64,000 nucleotides of DNA. Source: Octopus sinensis (lineage: Eukaryota). The position numbers and the translations under genes were made by a program. The number at the start of each line of letters is the position of its first letter. Position 1 is the stretch's first letter. The DNA lies in assembly GCF_006345805.1 (NCBI RefSeq), contig NC_043013.1:24800001-24864000 (forward strand). Direction: 5' to 3'. This document shows positions 52,741 to 64,000 of this stretch, piece after piece. The notes under the pieces were generated by a model that was given only the letters and a program-made list of their open reading frames with translations, did not search any database and was not told the origin of the DNA.

Positions 52741-53910
52741 TTAATAAAGAAATAAATATTGTCTGCAGATTATTTTTAGTTAAGTTTTTTGCAACAAAAT
52801 AGATTTAGAGTAAATTTAGATTTTGTCTCATACTTGTGAGTAGGTCTTTTGTAATGCTGTGGACATTTGTCTCTTTTGGATATGGTAAATGTCGTGTTTC
52901 TATGTAGCTTCGATCCGACCGATCACATTGGTTTCTGTTTATTCTTTTCGTAGCACCTTGCATCCAGCCAATGAAACCCTATTTAAAGAAGGTTCCGGCA
53001 TCCGTAGGTGTACAACAAGATTTGACTAGTCATTCTTTTCCCCCTTGTTGTTGTTTTCGCCCGTTGTGAAAAGTATGACAATATAAACGACTTACTGCTC
53101 GTAAATGAATGTACTGAATCGTTGCTTGTGTTACTTTTAGACCCTGATTTCCAACACTTCACCGAAACAGGTATCGACAATAATAAAGGGAGACCGTTAT
53201 CACACCTTATTATGGCCGCATCTAAATTTTGTTTTACAAACTTCTCACATATGTTAGTAATGCACTTAGTTTTTTTTTTTCAACTCCATTCACGTCTATA
53301 GTATAGTATAGGATATGAATCTTACCAACTATTTGGCTGGCACTTATTTTATCGACCCCAGGAGGATGAAAGACAAAGTTGAACTTGTCGGGGTTTGAAC
53401 TCAGATCGTTAAGAATCGTAACAAGGTATTTTATCCAGTTCTCTATTGGTTCTGCCGACGAGAAAAACACTGAAAGCTTCGCGAAAATGACTCGTAGTTT
53501 CATTGACAAAATAGCTTTATAAACGGCTTTAACTGTGAGAAGTTTTTATATTCGTTTGTATGTTTTAGATACGTGTGCATCTGTGTGTGTGTGTGTGTGT
53601 GTGCGTGCGTGTATGTGTGTGTCTGTGTGTATTTCTGCATATATTTTCCTTGTATATTTTAATCGAGGTCAAACTATTAAACCTAAAGTCAGCTTATGAC
53701 TAAAGGACTTGACGCTTTTGTTGTTGCTTAAGCAGCAAATACCTACAATCAAAAGAAAGAAAGAAAGAAAGAAAGATAGTAAGAGGCTTATACAGTATAA
53801 CAATGAAGCAAGCATTGAAGAGTCTTCTGACATTCTTCTAAATTGGCCAGTAGTGACGCCACTGAGGCGTTGTGACGACAAATATCACAGGAGCTCCAAG
53901 GGTGGGGCAG

Positions 53911-54024
53911 CGATTTTTCATAAAATTAAAATATTGAAACTAAATAAAATATTTCTATTTTAAACGATTTTTCATAAGATTAAAATATTGAAACTAAATA
54001 AAATATTTCTATTTTAAACGATTT
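53911..54024. repeat. 54-bp tandem duplication
   Basis: cgatttttcataa at 53911 and 53965, partial third start at 54019. Confidence 0.85.
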
Positions 54025-54134
54025 TTTTTTTCTCATTTTAAGAAGTTCTAAACAATTTTTTTAATAAGTGAATTGGCAAAGACGTTACAGAATTCTTCGC
54101 GGTATTTGTTCCGAATCCTACTGTGGTCGATTTT

Positions 54135-54302
54135 TCTCTTGGCATTGCTGTTTGGCAAGTTTGCTTCCCAGCCACTTGGTTCCGAGTTCAGTCTCACTAC
54201 GTGGCATCTTGTGCAAGTTTCTTTTCTCTACTATAACCGCAGATTTATCACTGCTTTCTGAGTGAATTTGGTTGATGGAAACGGAAAGAAGCTCGTCGTA
54301 TG

Positions 54303-54333
<31 letters not shown>

Positions 54334-54510
54334 TGTGTGTGTGTGTGTGTGTGAAGCGGTACTGGTTTGTGTTTTCGGCAAAAGAGACCGATAGAATAAG
54401 TACCAGTCTTTGCAAAAATATAGTAAGTCCTGGGGTTGATTCGTTCGACAAAAATTCTTCAAGACGGTACCCCAGCTAGGCCACAGTCTAATGAGTGAAA
54501 CAAGTAAAAG
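54135..54510 (+). mobile_element. SINE family C
   Basis: gagttcagtctcactacgtggc, gatagaataagtacc, cagtctaatgagtgaaacaagtaaaag. Confidence 0.8.
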
Positions 54511-54939
54511 ATAAAAACGATAAATCTTTATCGGAATTAGATTATGTGTAGGGAATTGTGGTATCAATGATTAGAAACATGATTGGCAACGTGCCAAGAT
54601 CAAATTGAATTTTATATAATCTTCTTATAAGGCGGCGACCTGGTAGAATCGTCAGCGCGCCGGACAAAATGTTTAGCAGCATGTCACCCGTCTTTACTTC
54701 CTGAATTCAAATACTGCTGGTTGTGGTTGATAAACTAAGTGCCAATTGAGTATTGGAGTCGATGCAACCGACTGGCTTCCTCCACCAAAATTACAGAGCC
54801 CTTTGCCTATAGCAGAAAGGATTTCAGTAATCCCTCGCCATATCACGGTTTATTATTTATGCTTACGTCGATCCCTCCATGGTGTTGTTTTTCATTTATA
54901 ATAAAATAAGTATATACAAATTATAAAAATAATTTAAAA

Positions 54940-55036
54940 TATATATACAGTACAGTACTGTTTCTATTTCGCGGATTTTCACTTATCGCGGAGTGGTTTG
55001 GGAACGTAACACCCGCGATAGTCGAGAGATTTCTAT
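54940..55036. mobile_element. Tiny Tigger-like MITE
   Basis: tacagtac...ttatcgcgg...gggaacgtaacacccgcgatag...tata, typical small TA-flanked element. Confidence 0.4.
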
Positions 55037-55364
55037 ATATAAAACGTCCTCTAAGACAGTGAACTGGTAGAATACTTAACAAATCGAACAAAATCTTTAG
55101 TAGCATTTCTTCCGGCCCTTTACGTTCTGAGTTCAAATTCCACCAAGGTCGACTTTGCCTTTCCTCCTTTATATAACTGGAGTCGATATAATCGATTTAT
55201 CCCCCTTCCCTAAAATTACTGGACTAAAAGTGAAACAATTATATAAGTCTTCGCTTACTTTAGTAATTTTCATAAACACTTAACATAAGCGAACCAATCC
55301 ATACTAATATCGAAAAAGAGGCTCATGTTAGAAGGGTTAGTATAGACAATATAGACATATATGG

Positions 55365-55765
55365 GGCAGGAGTGACTGTGTGATAAGAAACTTGCTTCCC
55401 AACTACATGGTTCCGGGTTCAGTCCCACTGCATGGCACCTTGGACAAGTGTCTTCTACTATAGCTTCGGGCCGACCAAAGCCTTGTGAGTGGATTCGGTA
55501 GACGGAAACTGAAAGAAGCCCGTCGTAAATCTCTGTGTGTGTGTGTGTGGTGTGTGTGTGTGTTTCCCCACCGCCACCACCACCATCGCCTGACAACTTA
55601 TATTGGTGTGTTCACGTTCCCATAATTTAGCAGCTCGGCCAAAGGGACCAATAGAATAAGTACTAGGCTTATGAGGAATAAATAAGTCATGGAGACGATT
55701 TACTTGATAAAAGGCGGTGCTCCAGCATGGCTCTCAGTCAAATGACTGAAACAAGTAAAAGAAGA
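55365..55765 (+). mobile_element. SINE family C
   Basis: ggcaggagtgactgtgtgataag head to aaatgactgaaacaagtaaaaga tail. Confidence 0.85.
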
Positions 55766-56294
55766 AAATAATATAGACAATAAACTAACAACTGAATAAA
55801 TTAGTTTATGTTAAAATAATCAGCTGAGTTTGTAGGGGTTTTTTTTATTTCTATTTCTTTTATTTCTATCTAAAAATAGGAAAACTGCATTTGCAAAACG
55901 CCATTTAGTGAATTGGAAACCACAGCTTTTAACGAGTCTGGGAAACAAGTGAATTAAAACGGTTTTGTTATTTCAGATATGAAAACAATTACATTCCATA
56001 GTTGATGAGTGACTTAGGGAGAGTCATTACAATGACATGGATTAAATAGCACAAGTTAATTATGTATATAGGAGGGTAATTAATTATGTAATGCTTATTT
56101 GAATTGTCCTCAAAAGTGAAATAAACGCTGTAATAAATTGCATGCATCCCGTTTAAGTGAAGCAGATCAAGACAAATGATTCTCTTGTGAAATTCCGTTT
56201 TGCTCTTTTTTTTTATCTCTTTCAGCTGAATGTGATGGTATAAAGATTCTGCCTTCCATGGGTTCTAGCATAGGTCACTGTCATTTAAGCTTGT

Positions 56295-56470
56295 TTATAC
56301 ACGTCTCCCAGACTTCCTGTTAGACTGGACGAAAGAATATCTGACCAGTTCTTCCGTATAAAAGTCCATAAATGACAGTTTTTCGTTCTCTGACTCTAAA
56401 ACAAAACCTAAATGATATTGTGGTATCCATTTTTTATGCACAATGATAAATGATCCAAATGAACAAACAG
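56295..56470 (-). pseudogene. Highly decayed Penelope-type RT relic
   Basis: LGFVLESENEKLSFMD...RKSGR aligns by eye to IQFTIEKEKDNQLTFLD...RKPTFTGR of the 19455 ORF. Confidence 0.35.
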
Positions 56471-56834
56471 ATGTGTGTTTCTCAATTATCCTCAATCATG
56501 AAATTAGCATCAATTTTATTCAATTATGATGACGTCATCAGTTAGCTTCGACAATGTACTGTGACCCTGCAGTTTTAGAGTAATGCTAGTTTTCCCATGT
56601 TACTGTTCACCCAGGACCGAAAGCCCCTCAGTTTGGTTTATTCTTGTAGAGTTAATCCCTAACTGAAACGCCAAAGCTGGAATTATTTCAAGCACACTTT
56701 TTTTTAAAAACTTTTACGTAATTATTTAAGCTATTGGTTATCTCCTGGGTATACAGATGATACACAGTTGCCAAACCGCTAAGTTACGGCGACGTCAGCA
56801 CAAATACAGACACAAAGACATACAATCATGTGTG

Positions 56835-57815
56835 TGTATGTATGTATGTATGTATTTATGTATGTATGTATGAATGTATGTATGTATGTATTTATGTATG
56901 AATGTATGTATTTATGTATATGAATGTATGTATGTATGTATGTATTTATGTATGTATGTATGTATGTATGAATGTATGTATTTATGTATGTATGTATGTA
57001 TTTATGTATGTATGTATGTATGTATGTATGTATGTATGTATGTATGTATGTATGTATTTATGTATGTATGTATGTATGTATGTATGTATGTATGTATTAT
57101 GTATGTATGTATTTAGTATGTATGTATGTATGTATGTACGTACGTATGTATGTATGTATGTATGTATGTATTATGTATGTATGTATGAATGTATGTATGT
57201 ATGTATTTATGTATGAATGTATGTATTTATGTATATGAATGTATGTATGTATGTATGTATTTATGTATGTATGTATGTATGTATGAATGTATGTATTTAT
57301 GTATGTATGTATGTATGTATGTATGTATGTATGTATGTATGTTATGTATGTATGTATGTATGTATGTATGTATGTATGTATGTATGTATGTATGTATGTA
57401 TGTATGTATGTATGTATGTATGTACGTATGTATGTATGTATTATGTATGTATGTATTTATGTATGTATGTATGTATGTATGTATGTATGTATGTATGTAT
57501 TTATGTATTTATGTATGTATGTATTTATGTATGTATGTATGTATGTATTTATGTATGTATGTACGTATGTATGTATGAATGTATGTATGTATTTATGTAT
57601 GTATGTATGTATTTATGTATGTATGTATGTATGTATGTATGTATGTATGTATGAATGTATGTATGTATGTATGAATTTATGTATGTATGTATGTATGTAT
57701 GTATTGTATGTATGTATGTGTGTATCTATGTATGTATGTATGTATGTATGTATGTATGTATGTATGTATGTATGTATGTATGTATGTATGTATGTATGTA
57801 TGTGTGTATGTGTGT
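56835..57815. repeat. ~1-kb (TATG)n microsatellite with variants
   Basis: Direct reading. Confidence 0.95.
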
Positions 57816-58089
57816 GTATTGATATGACGTACGACTTCTCATCATCACTGTTATATCTGAACTGGTAAAATATCAAACGTTCCTGATGTTCTCTTATTAT
57901 TTTCCAACTGTATATCTCCAACAAGCACTCCACGATATCTTATACACTATGACTGCGCATATAACACAGTTTTCTTTTATTTGCCACGCATGGCAGAACA
58001 TAGAGGGGGCGGCACAAGGACAGACAAAACATAAAGGGGTTCGAGTTTATCTCTCGTTACTTATTACAAAATTATATATCAGTATGTGG

Positions 58090-61000
58090 GGTTAAAAATT
58101 TTGAATAAATGAATTAATTGAATACGATTAAAAATTGGTGAGTTGCCTGGGTCAGTAGGCCCACCGCCGTTGACCGACGTTCCCCTTTTTCTGATTGAAT
58201 GGCTGGGCTCACGAGCTTCATCCACTCTCAACTTTCTCTCCACATCCAGCCATCTATTACGAAACACACTGTGCGACAGGTACCTCTTTTCTAGCCTGAT
58301 CTTACTTCTGAGGTGATAGTTAAAGTAAGTAACTAGACCTCAGCTGGAAATAAAGGTACCTGTCGCGATTCCTTTCGCCCGTGTCTTCCATACTGTTTCT
58401 TTCAGTATGGCGATTATGCAAAAAAACTGGTCTTCATAATCGAATTAGCCGATAGCTGTACTCTTCCTGTCGTCGACAACAGTTGTTCGACATAGGCTAT
58501 CAGTCCCTTTAACCCCGTGCACTCCACGAAGGCATGCAGGACAGTTTCACTGTCCCGCTCGCACCTCAGACAGGTTAGTGAGACGGCACCTCAGTGCCTC
58601 GACAGCCTCTCCCGAACAAATAAGGCCGATCGATAACACAAGGCCAGGGATTTCTGGTAATTATCCAGGTACCCCGTCCCGAAAGTCCTTCTCAACAGGT
58701 TGACTAACTGATTTCTATCGAGGCCCAGATTCTCCCCCAGGCATCGTCTGACATATACTCTACCAAACCCGCGGTGGAACTCTAGGTGCCGGTATTGCTC
58801 GTCCGGGAGTAACGTGAGTGCCTGTTAGTACTCTAATTGCTAATCCCCCAGCCTAGGTCTTCATCTAATCCAGGGACCTAAATCCCGAAAGAAGTCAATT
58901 GTAGAAGGAAAAGCTTCACGAGCGGTGACCATAGCTACCCACCATCAAGATGTCGCCGGAGATGCCTAAGCCTCAGCGCAAATTTGCGCATTTTCAGCTA
59001 CGGCATCCCTAGCCCACCCTTTAACGGTTTTTGGCAGCATATAGAGCGCCTTACAAGTGGCCTCCCCTTCCACAAAAAGCGGAAGAGGAATCTCTCCAAC
59101 GTGTTTAGAGACGGATCAGGACAAGGCACGACGGTCAGGCGATAGGTGATAAGGATGCAGTAAACCCCCCTGCGTCACCTCCGCCCTTCCTAGCAGCGAT
59201 AACGCCCTTCCAAACCAGATCTGGATTAGGGCAGTTACCTTGCTTCTTACCTCACCCCAATTCTTCTCTATCTGGAGATCTGGATCAAACCAGACCCCTA
59301 GCATCTTAATAGGACCTTCCATCTAACGTCTCACGACGTTATTGGACGGCATTGACTTACCCCTCCAGGTGATGAGTTACAAGCCGACCGACTTATCTTG
59401 ATTAATTCTTGCTCCTTCCACCTCTTCATATCTTCTAATAGCGTTTTCTACACAAGGTAGCTGCCCTTCAACAGACACGATGATGATGATGTCATCTGCA
59501 TACGCAGTCGCCGTCTGCCCACCACTCAGATAACGCGCGCTTCCCCTTATCACCTCCAACATTCGCGGCAATGGCTCAAGAGCTAGCACATACAAAAGCG
59601 GAGACATCCCTGGCGAACAGAGAGCTTTATTTCCAATGGTTTCGAGAGGAAACCATTCACTCGGACGACAGACTCAATGTTGCTGTATATAGCAGCGATT
59701 CAGCCTCGAAAAGTCGGACCCAGCTCCGCTACCCCGAGAACCGCCGCCAGGTACCGATGGTTGACCCTATCGAAAGCTTTAGACTGATCTAAATGTACCA
59801 GTGCCCCATTTTTGCCAGTAATTTTACCAACCCGCTCTAAGGTGTAGCGTAGGAGGTGGAGATTGTCGTGCATCGTCCTGCCGGGAATGGCGCAAGTTTG
59901 CGTCTCCCCGACAAAGTCGCCCACGACCCGCGCCAACCTCTTTGCTAACACTCGACCAAAATCTTTAACTCTGTGTTCAGCAGAGTTATGGGCCTAAAAT
60001 TACTAATAATGTCCCCCTTGCTCGGATCTTTTCTAATCAATCGCCACCAGCCGGCTCACAGCTTTGGGAATACTCCCATTCTGCATAGACTCCCATTGGC
60101 ATAGACTCCAGCTAGTATGTGCCCAAACAAGTCTGGCATACTTTTATAAAATTCATAGGGAAGACCATCAAGTCCCGGCGACTTATCCCCGGGGCACTTG
60201 GAAAATACCTCAATGACCTCCTTGACTGTAATTGGCCCTTCACAGCACTCGGCCTTTCGCACCGATAGATGCAGGACGTCTTCCAGGAAGTCTCAAAGGG
60301 ATTCACCATGGTCTAGCGCCCCGCTCCTCTCGAACAACTAGGCAAAATGCTTGTAAAAGGCCTCACTTATCTTGTCCTGTCTTTCGACCAAACATTCTTG
60401 TTCTTTAACCAAAGACCCAATTATGGTATCGTTTCCACACTAGGTCTTTGTTGTACGGGCCCATCCGGCAACGTTAATTCCCTCGCATCCCAACGCATAC
60501 TTTTGCCCGAACTCTGCATCCCTCGTGTTTGGCTTTGAGGTGTCGGTCCAAGGCCAATCTCACTACCACAACTTGAAATGCAGAGCCCAACCTCAACACC
60601 TCTTCTAGGTCCTTAAGTAAATCACCCTCTATTCTAGTTTTATCTACACTTAGCTGGCGACTAAACCTAATTGACTCAAAGCGTATAGCTCGTTTGATGA
60701 CCTAGCACTACCTGTTATTCAACACAGTACCAGTTAAAGCCCTCTGAACTAACTCCTTAATCCGATTACAGTATGCTTCACAAGACAAAATAGCCTTGTT
60801 CAGCTTCCAATAGCAGGATCCCTGTCTATGTATTCTATCTAATATCACCCCACACGTCACTAATTTATGACCCGTGTAGGAGACCAAAAAGAATTATGGA
60901 CAACTAAAACGTCTTACTACTATCCTGTCCAGTTGAGACCTTCGAGACCCGTCACCATTAGTCCAGGTCCACACTGGGACACTCGGATGGTCCAGTCTGT

Positions 61001-62650
61001 AACGATCTGCCAGCTGAAAACGCTTAAGCAGATCGGTGAGGCGTAGATTTCCCCTCCTATCTGCTGAGCCAACGCTATCCTGGCGTGCGCCCAGAATAGC
61101 GATAAAGTCACCTAAAACGACTGCTGTTTTTGACGTCTCGAGAAAGTTCTCGAGTCGTCGATAGAAATCTGTTTGCCATCACCACAAGGCACATAAATGC
61201 CGATCAACCTGAAATCCTTACCACTTACCACTGTGTATCAAGCTGAGAACGACCAGCTCATTTTCTGGATCAACAAAGATTGTCCTTGTCTGCAGGGTCA
61301 AGCTTTTACGGAGCAACACTACAACCCCTGTTCGGCTTCTGGTTTTGCCAGGGGACATTATTTTCTTATAGGCATTCAAGAGTCTCAAGAAGGTTCGTAG
61401 ATCATCCAGCTTGGTCTCTGTAGCCACAATCACATCCATACTATGTGACCTCAGGTCGTCGTAGAAACATGCTTGTTTCCACTTTAAACTGAGGTCACGC
61501 ATATTCAGACAGCCGACGTTCAGTCCAGCCATCCAAAAAGAAAATATATGTGTGTTCTGTGGTACTTTTTTGTATGGGTAGCGGGTTGAGAGGAATGAGG
61601 GGACACACATTGTCTCTTTGGTCACTTACGGGCGACTTCCGTGAACCCCTCCGGCACGACGACCTCCATGTCATTCACCGGAGAGGGAACCTCATTCGCA
61701 GCTGCTTGCTCGTCATTCTTTGTGTTTCCCTTTTTCTCCTTTCGTTTTTTTTGGGGGGGTGGGGGAGTCCTTTATTTTATCTGGTTGTTGTTCCGTTTTC
61801 TTTTCCTTTCCTGTAGTAGCAGAGGAGCCCTCGTTTTTTGCTGCCACACTCTGTTTTTAGGTGGCCCTTTCTGCCATATTTAAAACACTGGGACTTTCGC
61901 CCCTCTACTTGGATTTTTAAAAGTTTCTTCTCCGATCATCATACGATTGCGGATCTCTTCTAAGTCTGCCGGAGTGGCTTAAATTAATAGGTCGACGCTT
62001 TTTCCTAACCAAATTTTTTTTGGTAGTGGGGTGGTAGAGCAGGTTATTTGGAGAGTGTTTAATTGTTTCTCTTTTTCGAAACAGAATGCTGCTATTAGCC
62101 CTGTAATATCTACCTCTGGTGGCACTTACTCTATTTTAATCCAAGACGTTCTGCGTCCCAGATATGAGGGGAATAATTCCACTTCTTTTGTTTTAAGGGT
62201 TTTCATGGAGTGTCCTCTTGCTTTATCCACTGAGTTGGACCTCACTTCTGTTGAAACAAATTTTTGGCCTCGGGCCACATGGACAGGCGCGTTATTTTTC
62301 AATTTTTTTTTCCTTTGTAATGTTCGCTATTTTTTCTTCTCAATATCAAAACTTTTGTAGATAATTGTTTTGTTATTTCTTTGAGATGTAATCTCACTTG
62401 GTAGGGAGATGCAAACATCTCCCCCGTCGACCGACAACATCCCAAAGCAAGCTTGGTACTCCGACCTTGATATTTTCATATTTTGGTGTGATACATTAGT
62501 CACAGTAGCGTATTTTTTCTTTCTTCTTTTTTTTTTGTTATTTTCGATATTTTCGATAACAGGAGCAATTTGTTCGGATTCCATTATTATTTTTTTAATT
62601 TTCCACGAAAAAATACAACTATTCTCTTACGAGAAAAATATTTTTAAACT
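58090..62650 (-). mobile_element. Near full-length decayed Tx1/L1-like LINE (ORF1, APE, RT, CCHC)
   Basis: ORF1 MESEQIAPV..., FPSYLGRR..VPPEVD; APE LNVGCLNMRDL, ATETKL; RT KSPGLDGLPYEFY, LDQSKAFDRV, SPLLYVLALEP, AYADD; CLRCERDSETVLHAFVEC. Confidence 0.85.
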
Positions 62651-63184
62651 CTACAGAGAGTGATAGAAACAGTTCAAGGCAGTAAATATGACAACAGTTC
62701 ACTCCATTCACCCGTAGGGGAGGCACACAAATTTTCGACAATGCCTGCAAGCAGGACAAATTTTTCAATAACAAACAACTATACCTTAACAGTAGAAAAC
62801 ACAACAGGCAAATCCAAGTCGGAGTAACACAATTCACAAAGAAAAAGCAACGATGACAAACTCGTAGATCATTCAACACAGCACATATGACACCCTTTTG
62901 CCAGAGCAAAACATTCTTTATTCCTAAAGGGATAGTCCCTTTTGAAGTGCAGCTCGCCACAACCATAACACGGTTTGGGCCTTGTTTATTTTATTTTTTG
63001 TTTGTCATAAGTCGACATGCCTGTACATTTATGTCGATGTTATTCCCCTTTTTAAGCCTCATCAGAAAGGTCGGGGTGTTTGTAATAGATTATATTTCAT
63101 TGAGTTGAGAAAGGCATAGTTCTGAATTCTCATTTGAATTCTCGGTTTCACTTCCTGCTCATTCCAAGGGAAAAGAAAGCAGTA

Positions 63185-63470
63185 ACCTACATATTACTAA
63201 TTATCATCATCATCATTATCGTTTTGACAATTTTGTCTATACTGGCATGTGTTGTATAGGTCTGTTGTATTGCATATCATCATACTTCTTGATCGTACAT
63301 CACCTAATTTGTTAAATCCTGAATCCTCAGGTCACTGTTCACTACTTCTTCCATTGTCTCTCACTTGGTCTTTCTCTGCTCTGGTTATCTTCCATTGTCA
63401 TCATGCAGCAACATTTTCACCAAGTAGATATCATTCACTCACACAACACTCCAAACCAACGTGTCATACA
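63185..63470 (-). mobile_element. RTE-like LINE 3' fragment with (GAT)n tail
   Basis: Minus strand RWFGV...RERPSETMEEVVNSDL, then aaaacgataatgatgatgat. Confidence 0.55.
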
Positions 63471-63734
63471 AAAAAAAACAATAGATAGAAAGGTGTTTTC
63501 GTGTTGCAATATGGACTAGACAAACTGGATGAAACAACCTCGCTTCTACTGAATCATCTCCAGATTAATTACAGCTACCGTCACATCTCTTGTATTATTT
63601 TCGTTGAAATATGCATTGCCCTTATAATCCATTGCAAAAATCTCAGACTGTGTGATTGTTTTAATGTCTGTAGCTATAAGTCTAAACCCCGTCGTTCCTT
63701 CTAACATTCAATAGCGTTCTTGTTTATTTCCCAG

Positions 63735-63780
63735 GAAGAAGAAAGAATATGGATACTAGAAAACATAAAGATGAGAAAAT
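63735..63780 (+). CDS. Candidate next coding exon (EEERIWILENIKMRK), weakly reminiscent of the N-terminal region of TMC channel-like proteins
   Basis: Strong acceptor ttcttgtttatttcccag| and donor |gtaaga; phase-0 frame is open and compatible with the 14026 donor. A second frame (RRKNMDTRKHKDEK) is also open. Family resemblance is from memory only. Confidence 0.45.
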
Positions 63781-64000
63781 GTAAGACGTTCGTCCCCAAA
63801 TCTGATAATGTGTAAGTAGACAATAATTCCTACTTTAGCTTTTACTCTTTACATATATAAACTTAGATATTTGATCGGTTTTAAATAAAAAAAAGATACA
63901 GTAAATCAATCACAGTATATCACTTGCGTTTATCGATCACAGAGAAATGGAAAGCAAATTCACTCTTAGTTGGGATTCAACCATTTGACATTTTGTCAAG

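Overview
AT-rich, microsatellite-dense eukaryotic genomic DNA. Its repeat content (tRNA-derived SINEs, RTE, R4/Dong, CR1 and Tx1 LINEs, Penelope-like elements, (TA)n and (TACA)n arrays) matches what I recognise as octopus (coleoid cephalopod) DNA; this species call is an inference. Most of the window appears to be intron of one + strand gene. Its candidate exons are a non-coding exon at 1459-1518, a coding exon at 13726-14026 and a phase-compatible exon at 63735-63780, so the intervening intron would be about 49.7 kb. Almost all long ORFs in the supplied track are microsatellite read-through or decayed retrotransposon fragments. I found no CRISPR array, rRNA gene or intact tRNA gene. The main unexplained signal is a set of type I hammerhead ribozyme (HHR) folds at six loci, several inside long fold-back palindromes. 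(1) A three-copy ~515-nt tandem array carries a minimal HHR with a compensatory U3-A8 core and a rod-like monomer, resembling a retrozyme or viroid-like RNA. (2) A near-canonical HHR sits in a 120-bp palindrome. (3) A Penelope element has a tRNA-like cassette and an HHR in its 3' region. Other notable items are two RTE insertions with twin-priming-type 5' inversions and R4/Dong fragments associated with (CATA)n. All structures were folded by eye and nothing was computed or searched. Repeat boundaries are approximate, and some tandem duplications could be long-read assembly artefacts.
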